A DNA stretch of 64,000 nt from Leptogorgia sarmentosa (Eukaryota), in the NCBI GenBank assembly GCA_964658305.1, contig OZ210885.1, forward strand, positions 1,488,001-1,552,000, written 5' to 3'. The notes under the pieces are model-generated. The model was given only the letters and a program-made list of their open reading frames with translations. It made no database searches and had not been told where the DNA came from. The translations under genes were made by a program, and so were the position numbers. Below are positions 10,215 to 24,400 of this stretch, piece after piece (within the stretch, counting starts at the first letter, position 1; the number at the start of each line of letters is the position of its first letter).

Positions 10215-13200
10215 TTATTTTCCAATTAAAATATTCCTTCCCAGTACTTCGTATACATTGATGCTATTTTTATCACCAGCACACAAAGTGTCGTTTTTGC
10301 AAGCTTCGGACTCCTTGCGAATACAGTCACCACTTTCTCCATATTGGTCATAGGTCTCTCTGGAACTTGGTCCACTCCAACACTCGCCTGTGTGAAAAAT
10401 TCATTATTATTATCAATCGGATTTTAACCAAAAATGACCATTTCGCACAGATATAGCTTTGCATGATGTTGGACTTGGAAAAATTTTACCGTTGTTCATG
10501 TTCAGATAACTACCTGTTTTTAGATTTATCTAGCCTAAATTTCCCTTTTTGCACACAATGTCATGTTTAATTCACACGATTTTTGATGTTTTTAGCCAAT
10601 CAGGAAAAATTCAGTGTCAGAAAAAATTCAGCATAATCCATATTAAACTGTTGAAACTCAACAATCTTTTGAGTACTTGAGTTTTATTCTTCGGAGTTTC
10701 AAACAATACAGACGTAGAGAATTGCATTAAAACACTGCTTTAAAGTAGGCGTGCAGACGTAGATAATTGTATTAAAAAACTGGTTTAAAGTAGGCGTGCA
10801 GACGTACAGAAATGCATGAAAACACTTGTTTAATAAAGGCAGGCGTGCAGTAGGAAATAGTTTGAACGAAGTGCAGTGGAAGTGGATCAACGCGCAGAAG
10901 CACATACCTTTATTGCGAATTGCAAAAACATCGTATCCTTTCTGTTCCGCGGCTCGTGCACAGCGACACAACAATTGTGGATATGCTGTCTCCCACGAGT
11001 CATCAAACTTCAACATATTGCCATTAAAGTTGTCGATGCTTGGAGATATTTCGTTGAACAAGAGCTCAGAGACTGCTGGATTCATGCCTGCCCCATCAGC
11101 GGCTGTGAAGCAACCCAGGCTTTTATATTTCATTTCGCACCCAGAATGAACTAAATATTAAAAAAACATGAGTTTTCTTATCAGACATAGTATAACATAC
11201 TGTATGTAAAGGGTGTCCCAAAAAAGTCCCTTCTACAGAAATCACTCTTTTGATGTTAGTCGCGGGTTATTGCGCCTCTGCGATATTTGAATTAGCTTCT
11301 GACGAACAGAAACATTCAATTCAATTCTCAAAGTTATATATAACAACGCAGGCTTAACAACAAAAGAGCTGATTTCTATAGAGAGGACTTTTGGGGGCAC
11401 CCTGTATATTAACACAAACTTCCACATGTAGCCAGTGTAGGTAATTATTCCCAAGGATTCAGAGTGTATCGTTTTGGAAGTGAGTAGATCATTGCGCATT
11501 TTTATGTACTGTTATGGAGGTTGTGAGTGTGAATTATTATAGAAAACTTACTTACCTATCTGAACTAGAGTGTTGTGATCACATAAATTTGTTGTATATC
11601 AAGCTGGATTCGAAATTAATCTCCTAATTTCTCAATCAAGATTTTTGCACTGCCACAAGTGAATTTTTATACTTAGCTTACTGCTTTGTTGAACAAAGTG
11701 ATTTATGATGGTGTATGATGTCCAAAAAACGGCTTTCATTTCTAATGTAAATTGTAATCTTTTGATAAAATAACATTGGTGAATTTTGAAAGCTGATTGG
11801 CTAAGAGCGTTGACACAACTTCTGCACATAAAAATTTCATTTAAACAGCCAATGAAGGCTGTAGTATGAGACTAATAAGTATACACATGACTCTAAATTT
11901 ACACTTTCGATCCAGCCAATTTCCCCTGTTCTGTGCGCCCCCGTTGCCTATCTACAACTTTGTTTATGGCTCTTTTTGCAAATTGAAGCCCCTACCAAAA
12001 AACAAAAACATCACTCACTAATGCGATAAACTTCATTGGTATTTTTTCCACCGATGCAAAATCGATCCCACAGTTGGCATTTTTTATAACATGGGTTGAC
12101 GCAGTTGGTTGATTCTCCTTGCTCAATGTAATACTTCTCTTCAAATTTCTTTCCTGTCCAGCACTCACCTGCACGATAAACAAAAGTACAATTGGCATTG
12201 ATTGATATGATCTATTTAACAATATTTTGTCTTAGTCTGCATTCACGCTGCGTAACAAAACGTGATTATCTTTAAGATTCATTTGCGACGATAAGGTTGT
12301 GTTTCAAGGTAACTGTAGAAAACCGGCAACACTGTTGTACTCCGCGTCTCCGCGCATTGTTGCCAGCATTGTTGCACCAGATTGCATGATTGCTACTGTA
12401 TTAAGCTCCGTATCTTTCTATACTACTTATTCACCTTACCGTAAAATTGCATTCCAAACGTGTCATATCCTGCCTCGACGACTTTCTTAGCGCAATCACA
12501 AGCAAATTGTCGTAGAAAAATGGCATAGTCGTCCCAATCGATGCGGTTACGTGCATTCAGAACATATTCATTTCCACTACGACTTGCAGCGTTATCTTTA
12601 TAACAACCAATCTTTTCAAAATGAACATCGCATTCATAAGTTTCTGACAAAAAAATAAGAAGAAGGTTTTTAGAAAATACAAAGGGCTAAATTATATGCT
12701 TAATAATAATAGAAAGCATTTTCCATGTTTACATCGAGTTATGTAAACACTCGTGCAAGTTTGGGAGAACTCGAAATGTGTGGATAATACAGTGACAAAA
12801 GCTATAAAATAACACAATGACAAAGGCGGAATAACGGAATAGCGAGAAGCAGCGGGAAATAGCTGTGTTTACACTAGCTCATATCAACACGGCTGTTAGC
12901 CAATCACGCCCGCGCAATTTGTTTCACTTTACTTCTGGTTATTTTATAATTAACAATTAGATTACGAGCTCGAGATTTCTATGAGGTGATAGTTGAGGAG
13001 GGCGAAGCCCGAATCAACTATCATCTCGTAGAAATCGAGAGCGAGTAATCTAATTATTTTAGTAGAATCAGAGATCAAACATGAAAATATTGCAAAAAAA
13101 TAATTTAAAAACGCGTCTCAGAAGACATTTTCTTGAACGGGAATTCACATGTTTTGCTACTCGCTATCTATTGAAGATTATTATATAGACAAGCACTATA

Positions 13201-15487
13201 TATGAGATATTCTGTAATCTGATTGGCTGAGCTACTCACTAGCTATTACTTCATATATAGTGAGTAGGACGAATTAATTATCTCACTCAAGTGAGCTTAA
13301 AACAAAATGGCTGAGCGTTTCCCTCAAATGAATGATTTTAATAAATTTTATAATGTTCGCCTTTTGTCTATATAATAAAACAATTATACCATTCGCTCTC
13401 GTCGTATATGGCTGATAGCCAACTCGGCTGCGCCTCGTCGGCTATCAGCTCATATACGACTCGAGCTCATGGTATAATTGTTAAATAGATAGCGAGTAGA
13501 GTAGCCAATCAAATTGCAGCATTTGCAATAGTATACGAGTATGATTCTACTAATCTGTGATAGACCACGGTTCACAAAAAAGCAAAGGAAAACAATATAG
13601 CTAGCTACTGCAGAAAACTCGCGTTTTGCTGAGGTTTCTGTGGAATTTTCTTGATATAAATAACTCTGGGGATAGAGTGTATACTAAAACTTCGTCCTCG
13701 TTGACTATTCGCTCATCGACAACTCGGCCTCGTTGTCTAATTGTTAACTATATTTTCATTTTCTCCACAAAAACGTGTTTTTTTCTTTGACAAAATTTGG
13801 TTTTCTCTAATAGACAAACGTCGCCATGTTGAAAGCAAATTTGTAAAACCAATGCAAGTTGTACAGAGTGTATTAAAAAAGAAATGGCAATTATAGCAAG
13901 AGAACATTTCGACTGGTTTACACGCGAAATCTCTATGGAAATTATATGAAAAATCACTTTGATGACATGGGACGAAGATTTTTCCCGAGTAGCGCTATCT
14001 CGCTTGTTGCTCGATAAAACGAATACCACGTAATTATGGTGAAAACATATCGGTTAAAACTTTTCTATTTAGCAAAAAACCTTTCTATTGTGTCAGCAAC
14101 CTGATAGCCAGTCACATCAGTGATCAGTGCTTGTTAGCTACCTCAAGGGAAGTAACTTCACTCGGTAAGCGGGGAAAGGTTTCTCCATAATAATAAACAC
14201 AACAAAATTATTTGGCCAGATAATTTTCTCCATATGAACAGTCTCTGAGGTCTTACCAATTTCATAAACGAAGTTGTGACTTGAAGCTCCAACGCAGTTG
14301 ATATCGTCACTCTGGCACAAGTTGTATTCAGGACCATAACAATCATCACCTGAGCCATATTTACTGTATTCAAATTCTCCTGAACGCGAGGGACCAGACC
14401 AACATTCACCTACAAAGAAAGATCACAATAAGTTCTCAGATCAACTTCGTTTCCAGGACATTTACATTTACCTCGGCTTTGGGCTGGGAATGCCCTCAGA
14501 TCAGCCGCGCAAATTGCGGCTATATTGTTGTTTACACGAATTAGCTAATTAATGCAGAATGTTTGCAAACTCATAATACTTATTCCAAAATTGGTCAGTG
14601 TGACATGTGTGGTGATGGTTGAAAACAACGAGATTAATCATAATCTATGTAAAAAATCCTGCTCGTAAATCTACAAGAGTGTTGAGAATCGAAAGCATGA
14701 TTCATGATATTATTTAAGTAGATTCCAAATATTCTGAAAATCTGGTCGATTCCTTGCCACACCCTCCAGGGGTTCCACGCTTCTGGTAAAGGCAAAGCGG
14801 GAACGGATGAATTTTAGTCCGATGATCTCAAATTTGTTGTGTACCATGCAAACAATGATCTAATTGAAGGAAATGTCGAATTTACGCGCGAAAATAATCT
14901 CTAGGGATTAAATAATATTTTACTTACCCCAGTGCTGAAGACCAAAATACTTGAATCCCTTGTCTATAGCAGCCTTCGCACAACGGCAAGTCATCTGGGG
15001 CAGATAATTTGCCCAATCAGCCCAATCGATGTCATGACCGTTGTAGTAAACACTGTTTTTGTCTCTCTCATTGGCCAACATTTGAGGAAGAGCTTCAGAC
15101 CCTCTTCTGTCTTTAAAGCATCCGATCCTTTTATATTTATACGGACAATCGCATTTTGCATCCAGCGCTATAAGAAAAAATAGTGTTTTGTGATCCATGA
15201 GCTTGTGTCTTTGAAAAGGGATACACCTGAATATCCACAGGTGCATGTATTAAAAAAGATGTCCTCGTTTGAAAAAAAACTTCAAACGTTTGAACTACAA
15301 CTCCAAGCGCGCAAAGCCTGATATGTCCACAGATGATATGGCCATAAATGATTATGTTCAATTATCAATTTAATTTTTATTGTTCTTAAATAATTGTTAA
15401 TACAACTGATTTGCGTATACCTTCAAGTCGTGTCATCATCGCCAGCAAGACTATGATCAAGATACTGTATTGGTTTTCGTTCTTCAT
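10215..15487 (-). CDS. Secreted protein with three tandem WSC-like Cys-rich repeats
   Basis: Exons: 15487-15421 (signal MKNENQYSILIIVLLAMMTRLE), 15167-14928, 14409-14257, 12643-12440, 12168-12019, 11150-10908, 10387-10215. All introns phase 1. Each repeat is (I/L)GC(F/Y)..CxCA..GxxxF(G/A)x(Q/R)xxG | ECW(S/T)G...C...C..C.G..N.VY, split at the same position. A possible 5'UTR exon ends at 17483. Confidence 0.85.
10700..10850. repeat. Intronic ~45-bp tandem repeat, about 3 copies
   Basis: TTTAAAGTAGGCGTGCAGACGTA recurs at 10739 and 10784, with degenerate flanking copies. Confidence 0.75.
11211..11406. mobile_element. Tc1/mariner-type MITE
   Basis: Ends AGGGTGTCCCAAAAAAGTCC ... GGACTTTTGGGGGCACCCTG-TA. 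A second family member lies at 25868-26095. Confidence 0.7.
12705..13750. mobile_element. Cluster of nested Crypton-like palindromic elements
   Basis: Hairpins at about 12952-13060 and 13378-13485. AACAAAATGGCTGAGCGTTTCCC (MAERFP) start like the element at 241. 12710-12910 is the reverse complement of 32630-32806. Confidence 0.6.
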
Positions 15488-16345
15488 TCTCCGTGATGTG
15501 TTGAGGAAGCTGAAGGAGTAAAGCAAGAGATAACATTAAAACGATTGTGCCAATGTAAGAATTATACATAATCCTGTATACTCTAATCAGTGTGAGTGAG
15601 CGCCATTTAAACATCCATCCAAGTGAAATTTTTATTGTTGTCTTGATTAAAAATTTAAAATTGTGCCAGAGACAGAAAGTTAATAAAATATATAATGAAT
15701 GAATGGCTTACTTGAATATTTTGGGCTTGTCACAACTCGTGTATGTAGACAACATGCATATTGAAGTTACTGTGTTTCTCAAAATTAATTAATTTTGGAT
15801 TCCAACAGACTCTATAGTATGATTGTGTATGAAGTGCTTTCTAGATACAGAAATAATGTATGCATGTATGTTATGCTATCACTTCTTTCAATAAAAGGTT
15901 TCCAAAATAGGAAAGATACACTGAATTGTTTTACAAAATTATATTCCCACATGCATGCATTGATCAGGAGAACAGCAGGTTGCAAGACATTTACTATATT
16001 TATGACATTTAGATATTGAATGAAATGCTAATTAAATGTAGGAATAGAGCCATTTTAACCAACTCCCTTGTCGCCAAGTTTCTTAGTCGTTTTAAATTTT
16101 CTACACATTTTAAAAATAATCGGCTGAGCGTACCATATAACCAACTCAGTTACAGTATTTTCTTTGAAAAACGTGAAATTAATGAAATTGCAAAGTACCC
16201 GTTATTAGATTTTAATCACTCACCTTTAGTATGAGTAGCTCGTCCCTATGGCTTCGCCTTCCTATGGCTTCGAACAGGTCTGGATCCTCCTCTCTCCGAA
16301 ACAATACTTAATATGTGAACCATAATAATGCATTTTTCATGAATA

Positions 16346-16735
16346 CCGTATTTACTTGTTTGAGCGCCGCCCCCGTTTGAGCGCCGCCCCCGTTTGAGTG
16401 CCGCCCCCGTTTGAGTGCCGCCCCCGTTTGAGCGCCGCCCCCGTTTGAGCGCCGCCCCCGTTTGAGTGCCGCCCCCGTTTGAGCGCCGCCCCCGTTTGAG
16501 TGCCGCCCCCGTTTGAGCGCCGCACTAAAAATTTCGATGCACTGCAGAATCGTTAAAGAAGCGAACAAATCTTAAATCAACCTCGGAAATTTATTTTCTT
16601 GTATTACAATGCCTTTCAATTCAAAGTGAGTGTACTTTGAAGCTCTTTTACACTTATATTTTATAGTTAAAAGTTCTTGTTATATTTCACAAAAAAGATC
16701 TTTAAAGAGCGCCGCCCCTGAATGAGCGCCGCATC
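16346..16735. mobile_element. MITE remnant with 17-bp GC-rich tandem array
   Basis: Begins TA|CCGTATTTAC. (GCGCCGCCCCCGTTTGA)n, about 9-10 copies, at 16358-16523; the same motif recurs at about 16707-16733. Confidence 0.7.
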
Positions 16736-16754
16736 AGAAGTGTGCAGAGCACAA

Positions 16755-17281
16755 CGTCAACCATCTGTAGACAGGTAGTGTTCAAAGTCAACCATCGGTA
16801 GACAAGTAGTGTTCAAAGTCAACCATCTGTAGACAAATAGTGTACAATGTCAACCATCTGTAGACAAGTAGTGTACAAAGTCAACCATCTGTAGACAGAT
16901 AGTGTTCAAAGTCAACCATCTGTAGACAGGTATAGTGTTCAAAGTCAACCATCTGTAGACAAGTAGTGTACAAAGTCAACCATCTGTAGACAGGTAGTGT
17001 TCAAAGTCAACCATCTGTGGACAGATAGTGTTCAAAGTCAACCATCTGTAGACAGGTAGTGTTCAAAGTCAACCATCGGTAGACAAGTAGTGTTCAAAGT
17101 CAACCATCGGTAGACAAATAGTGTTCAAAGTCAACCATCTGTAGACAGGTAGTGTTCAAAGTCAACCATCGGTAGACAAGTAGTGTTCAAAGTCAACCAT
17201 CGGTAGACAAGTAGTGTTCAAAGTCAACCATCTGTGGACAAATAGTGTACAATGTCAACCATCTGTGGACAAGTAGTGTTT
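16755..17281. repeat. 31-bp minisatellite, about 17 copies
   Basis: Unit AAAGTCAACCATCTGTAGACA(A/G)GTAGTGTTC. Confidence 0.95.
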
Positions 17282-18465
17282 ACATGTCGTTAAAGAACAG
17301 AGACACAAATCGCACAATTCCCGTTTTACTCGCTGTGTGCTTCCAACATGACTGTTATCTCATTAAGGGAATTACCTTAAAATGTCGTCGTAAAGGTGAT
17401 GTAAGTGTTGTCCGCAATGTAAACTAACTCTTTGTTTATATTTTGATACAAAACAAAACTGAGAAAGAAATTATAAACTCACCAAAGCTAGATTGTATTC
17501 TTCACAGCAAGTTCAACAGCCACAAACTAGTCAGCATGAAGCAGATGTTGTAATTGAGTCATGCCTCTGGCTGAATGTAAGAGGAAACTATAACTAATTG
17601 TATTGACTTGCTTCACTCAAATATTCATGATCATGCAACGGGCATTAGTTGGTTAAAACGTTAACAAAGCCTTAAACTGGCCTGTCCAAGTCGCAAGAGT
17701 CAGTCGTTCAGTTAATATTACCTCTTTCTTTTCGTATCAAATAATTTCAGACAATTTTTTGCGTATTTGCACAAAAAAGTTCTTCAAAATGTGCTAATAT
17801 TCAAGTAGGTTGAGGTTAGCTACCATTTGCTAATTGTCAGTTTTGAGTATACAGCAATTTAAAATGCTAAATGGTAAAAGTATAGCTTTTCACTGTATAA
17901 TTATTTGGATTCAGATATAATTATAGTTATATGCACAAAGTAACGCTTTGAATTCAGAAAATTATAGTTATGTTTCAGCTAGTTATGCTATACATCATCC
18001 AGAGACGAACTCCATGAAATCACAGAGTAATTATATGCAGAGGTCTAACTGTTGTATCTTGATGCGTGTAAATTCGAGGCGGGAGTACTTATTCCGCACG
18101 GGTTTTTATACTCGGGTAAAAGAGAGCAATAATAGCGGAGTCTGAAGTTCATCAAATTACTGGGCTCAAATTGCTCCTAAATACGCAGCAAAAATCGCTG
18201 GTGTACGTGGATTCATTTTTATTTCATTTAAAAACAGAACAGGTATTATTAACAATAAATTCAACAATTTTTCTAAAGATATAAACGGTATGGAAATGAT
18301 TTATGATTAACTGTTCTGTAATTCTAGTTTCCCTCTCGCATAATTTCCATTGAACTGTCGGTTCTTCCTGGCGAGTGCAGTCCAAGACGCAACAAAAATT
18401 GAAATATCAATTTCTTCGAATCGAAGTGAAAAATAGCGGGCATAATTCTGCCCTCTGCGCTTCCA

Positions 18466-21400
18466 TCAACATTGTGTAAGGAACTCTTGACTTTCAGGTA
18501 AACTTTCGTTATCAGAATGATGTTCGTTGGTCAGCGGTAGCGGCTCAACTATAAAGCAAGATGCTTGCAATTCATTCTCGCCTTCTTCCTCCATAATTTC
18601 ACTTTCTTCGAGTGTTTCGATTTGAAGATCCGAATGATGTTCGTTGGTCAGCGGTAGCGGCTCAACTATAAAGCAAGATGCTTGCAATTCATTCTCGTCT
18701 TCTTCCTCCATAATTTCACTTTCTTCGAGTGTTTCGATTTGAAGATCCGATTTGCCTTTCCCGAAAAGTTTCGTAATGGTTTTCTTAAAAAAATATCAAA
18801 AAACTTTTTAGAGAAGTTATTTCAAAATATAGTACTAACTTAATTCACCAAGACCTATTCAGTCAAACATAACCATAGGTAGTCCAACAATTAGTGGTAT
18901 TGATTCATTTCTGTTCAATCATACTACTCCTCAGTCCACGACTGCATTGTTTACGCGCGGGGACTGAGCAATGGCGGCGGAACAGGGGGGGGGGGGCGGG
19001 GGGGGGCTAGGGGGCTAAAAGCCCCCCAGAAGTAATAGTGGGGGGGCTTAGCCCCCCCCCCCCCCCCCGAAATACATAAAGAATGTCAGAATGCGAGACA
19101 CTGAGTCATGATCAAATAATCTACACTCTACAGTATACACTATGCACAATTGCATATCCTGATATCCGTATTTTTGTAGATTTTGAACAATTTTTCAAAG
19201 GTAGGAGACATCACTACAGTGACTACACGCTATGCCGTTTGTGTTTCCACTTAGACAAAAACTACGATAAACTTTTTTTAAATTTAGCCCCCCCCCCCCA
19301 AAATAAAATATGTTCCTCCGCCCCTGGGACTGAGTAGTAGTATGATTTTATTGAACAGAAATGAATTAATACCACTAATTGTTGGGCTACCTATGGTTAA
19401 ATAATTAAAAATCGTCACGTTAATTAACTTAGCGGAATTGTGAAGTTTGGTTTTAAAAAATCGTAAACTTTGTACGAACAGTTATGTGAAGTTTATGAAT
19501 TTTGTATACTTTTGACTCACGCATGGAAAACAAGGCGTCATCACTTTTGGAAACTTCTTAAAGCCAGTACACACAAACCTGTGAATCTTTCTTCCCTTGA
19601 ATCATGTAGGCAAACTTGGTGATTGTTCGCAATACGAGATCCTTGACCTACAACAAAAAAATTGTGCAGTCACCATGTACGTTTGAAACACGACCGTTAA
19701 AAAAACGTTTAAAAACTACATCCGAGAGGCTTCTAACCCTATACACAGTTTAATGGACAATTTTCATAACGGACTAATTTTTGATCTGGTCAAAAATCAA
19801 ATTCAAGTAAGAACCTTTTAAAAGTAGTCAAATTTTAAACCTTGGTAGCGAAATATGGTAAAATACTGGAAATATACCCTTGTCTCATTATTTTGTTACG
19901 TGCGATAAATTGTTACAATTTTGTGATAACAATTAACAATGATAAAAATTGCAAACTTTATAAGGCAAATTGTATGCGCAAATTGTCTACTTTACATTAT
20001 TTACTTGCGGTTACTGATGTTCGAAAATTTAGGGTCCCAGGTCATACCTTGCTACGACTTATGAACATCGCTCTTGGATCTTTAATATCGCTGTGCAGTG
20101 ATTTTAGCTTTTTGGTTATTTTCCCTACGACGGCCTAGAAATATATTAACATTTGTTAAAACAAACATAAAAATGTTGATAAGGACTACCGATTAATTTA
20201 ACTTGATCCTTAAGCGGCTGTGTTGCTCAAGTTTGTTTGTCTGATACACAAAACCAACGAAAATCAACCAAAATCTGTATCTGATGATTTATTTTTTTGT
20301 TTCTTTCATGAATTAGTAATGAGTTTCACCGTGTGGTTTCACAAACAATGCATACACTGATGAATTCAAAAAAGGGAAAAGACTCAGGACATTAACACAA
20401 CGTGGGATTGTTAGTCAGTGGAAAAGTCTGAGATGAGAAAAGTATAAATTCATTTATTCTGACGCCTTGTTCAGGGAAGATCTTCATGAAAATGAAGGTA
20501 ATAACTTATGAGCGCATGCACCAATAGCAACTACTGTATGTATAGCAAGGTAAACAACAATTTGGAGTTTCGCCTTTAGCAAGTTTTCACAAACCTTTTC
20601 CTGGGGTTGCAAGCGTTCTGAACCCACAACTACATTCATTAATTCAATCATTGTGTACAGTTGACAGTAATCTGTATCATCGTTCACATTAACTTCGTGT
20701 AGTAACGTATCTAACTTCGTAAACATCTAAAAGAAGACGATTATTATACTTTCTAAATACTACCAGTTCTTTATAATATTATTTCCTTCAATACGCATGC
20801 TGTGGTGGCGAGTTTCGTGTGAAAAATATTTTCCTGAAATACTTGGTACAGTAGATCTAACGAACTCAACAGAGTTAAACAGTTCAGTATATAACTGTTT
20901 TCTGAAAGATTAATCTGCTATTACCACTAAGGTAATTTATTTTATTATAGTTTTAGTTGGGTAGTTCAGTACTCAATCCAGCAACTGCCGAGTTTGTCTT
21001 TAGAACCAATTTGGTAACCACGTTCTGAAACGTGCCGGAAATAGACTGGAAGAAATTTAGTTATGAACTTACCTCAATGGTGTTAGTTATCTCCTTGTCT
21101 TTACTCACATCAGGATCTGCTTGTAGAAAGCTGTTTACATCAATGCTGGTGTTGTTTTGGGAAAATGAAGCCAGTGTTTGTAGAGCGGCCAGTCTCTTCA
21201 TATCACGTCCTCTCCCCGAGTAAGGTTGCAGTTGAACAACACGAAGTATATTGCGATGACTCGTTTGAATACGATGGATAATGGATGACATTTTCATTAG
21301 CTTTAATCGAAAAAACTAGAAATCAGATTCCTGCAAGTGATCCCTTAAATTGACTAACATATAAATGGGCGAGAATGCAAAGAGCTATATCCACAAAATA

Positions 21401-24400
21401 TTAAAGTCGTGTTTGACAGCACATCTGGATTTGGAAAGATCCTAATAGGGGAAACAGAAGATAATAAAAAGTGCATGCAAGGAAAACACGAGTTATTCTA
21501 CGCACACTCGACAACAACGCAATAAAGCACCCTAGCGATGAGCACCTTAAAGAAGCAATACTTGTACACTAAATTTCGACTTCAGAACGCGAAGGACAAA
21601 AGATCTTTTTTCGAAACATTTAGAGTTCGATAAAGAAACAACCTTCTGGGGTTGAACAAGGCCGGTTCCGGTTGTAAAAATGCAATACCAGATTTTGTGG
21701 CAATGGATTCAACCAAGTAAAGTGCAAAAAAAGAAAAATAATCTTTCAAATTGCAGTACATGTTGAGCCCTGTTTTTTTACCGTTTCGATCCAGTCACTT
21801 GATTCCACTGCAGCATAAGCAGCATGAAGACACGTTTTAATATCATGTTGACATATCTCCATATGCTCATCAAGAGAAACACAATACAACAACACCACCA
21901 AGTGTTCGATATCTCTGCTACTGTAGCTTGTTGGGTATCGATCCAAGCAAAGTGTCATGAACTGAATTAAGCGGGTAAAATTAACCAACGGGAAGATGCT
22001 CCACACTTCCTCGCCACTAAAATGGAAAAATACATTTCGAAATTAAGTGGTATATTAAGCTGAACCGATAGTCCGGTTTAGCGTGAGTTTATGTATGCCT
22101 GTACGGAGAAGATTGAAAGGGTGGGGTGGGGAGGGGTGCGGTGCTAATTATGATCAGGTTTGCATATTGAATTGAGTGAGGTGAAGATGATCACCTACGT
22201 ACGTTGATACAGTTTTGCATCTTTCCCTTGAATTGTTGAACAGAGTTTACTATGTTGTTCAATTTCACAGCTCAAGACGTTCACCTTTGAGGAATAAGCC
22301 AGAAAATATTTCCACCCATGAGATTGTTTTATTGGGTATATATCCGTGGAAATTTTAGTCAATTTAAAAACTTTTGCCATTTTAAATTGAGAGGACGAGA
22401 ACTCTCACCCGCTGCGGGGAAAGCACGTATTTCATTGACATGCAGTTGCCATCATTAATTTATATTTGAAGCAATTTAGTAACTTCGAGAAGAAGAAATT
22501 TAACAGTGTACATAGTCCACGGTTCTTATATTTATCCATCATTGCAGTATGAAATTGGCCTACGCTAGAGACATACTACGCTAGAGTTATAAAGACGACA
22601 CGTATTCTACTCACTCGTTATCGGTACAATCGCGCCGTTCACAAGTAATGTTCATGAGATTTTCCATAATGTCCATACTTTCACAACTCTCGCAAACATT
22701 AGACAAGACTGAAGTGAGATTTATGCCGTAAATTTCGAAGACTTTGATCACGTTTTGAACAGAAGGTATCCAAGAAAGTTCTTTGAGATTCTCCTGACAA
22801 AGGCAAGAACACAATGGCAGTTATTGTCATTAACGTAGGTGTTAATGGCAAATTTTAATCAAAGAAGCATTTTTTTCTGTTTAAAAAACAATAAAAAATA
22901 AATGGAAATGAAAAGAAATGTTTATAGAAACAGATTCCTATTTATCATACGTTTCAGCGACTGCTTACTGTCAAAGACTTATTTTAATACATCGAAAACC
23001 TGCAAACGTTCTGCTGTACAATTTGAAAAAGGAGGGTTAAGCACAATTGAATTACATATTGTATCCACTTCACGTGACCACAAATAAACCAGTCATGTTT
23101 GTGCTTGCATAATAATACTACATGCATGCATAATAATACTATACCTTGCCATCTCCAACATATAGTAGTGACCACAATGCATTATAGCTAGCTTTAACAG
23201 TGTGGTTGTCCAGGTGAAAACAAAGTACATGAAATAACCATTGAAGAACAGGCGATGGACAAGGCTGAAGGAGATATTTATGAGTGATCCAGTCACAACA
23301 TAACAACTCACGAATCTCCACGTCAGACCTTTCGTATAAGAACGTCGCAAATTCATCCATGTCAACAGATTCAACAACAGGGAACGGTTGACTGCAACCA
23401 TTCTTGTGCTATATTACACGAAAGAGCGAAAATTAAGATACATGAGAAGATTTCTCGAGTCAGATTGGGTAACCGAGTGTAATTTTTATTGGACATTACG
23501 GTGTAAATTAACAAAACAATCAAAAGAAAATCTAACATGGTGTCGGGCATTAAGTTCCTTCTACACGACAAAAGCAGGCTTATTATAGCTTTTGAGCAAA
23601 TACAATTGACATGCGAAATTTGTCAAAGAAAATTTGTTCGTGTAAAATGAAATTATCTGTATATTTTTTTATCTTTTAGCCCAGTTTTTTTTCCACATTC
23701 TGAACTAAAAATTGCAGGGCGGATTTAACAACCTAACTACGGGGATGATACAAACTGAAAAATAATGCATGGAAAACTGTTCAAAAACTGTGCAAACTAA
23801 ATGCCAATCACACAGGTTTTCGTAAGTTAATGTCAACTTTGAACAGTGGAAACATAGTGGATGTGTAAGATGAAATCAATAGGAATTCAAACTTCACCTT
23901 CAAATCACATTTCTTACTTTAATTGGTTTCCTCAGTGAAGGAAAAAGATTTTCTCCGGGTGTTTCTTCTGCAAATCCCTTCTCAGTAGAATTATACTTCC
24001 CAAGTTCTTTCTGATGATGTGGCAAGAGAGATTTTTCCTCGTCTAAATGAACACATGAAGTTATAAAACTCGCGGGGATGAATTTGATGGATGCTCTATA
24101 GATCTATGTTTTGCAGTATACATACGTACAAAAGAGCAAAATAATTAAATGAGAACAGGGGAGAGCATGGAAAACGTAGCTATGTCTACATATTGCAGGT
24201 TTTAAAATGCAGCTCCAATTTGGAGATGTAAAAAAAAATTTTTAGTTCATAATCTTTCTTGCGACTATATTTTTCATAATCTTTCTTGCGACTAAATTTC
24301 CAATGCAAAATAGAAACATACTTTCTTTTTATGTAATACCTTGATTTTTTTGTGTAGAATCATCGGCTTTACTTAAGTTTCTACCTGAAAGAAAAGGAGA

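Noticed and set aside
15423..15614. 63-aa ORF with a hydrophobic stretch as first exon of the WSC-like gene
   Set aside because: It stops before the splice donor. The alternative frame from ATG 15487 reaches the donor in the correct phase.
16308..16568. 86-aa ORF with KRGRHSNGGGAQTGAAL repeats
   Set aside because: Translation of the 17-bp tandem array (3 units = 17 codons).
16755..17281. 31-bp repeats resembling a CRISPR array (the 36-bp array likewise)
   Set aside because: Units are directly adjacent with no unique spacers, there are no cas genes, and the context is eukaryotic.
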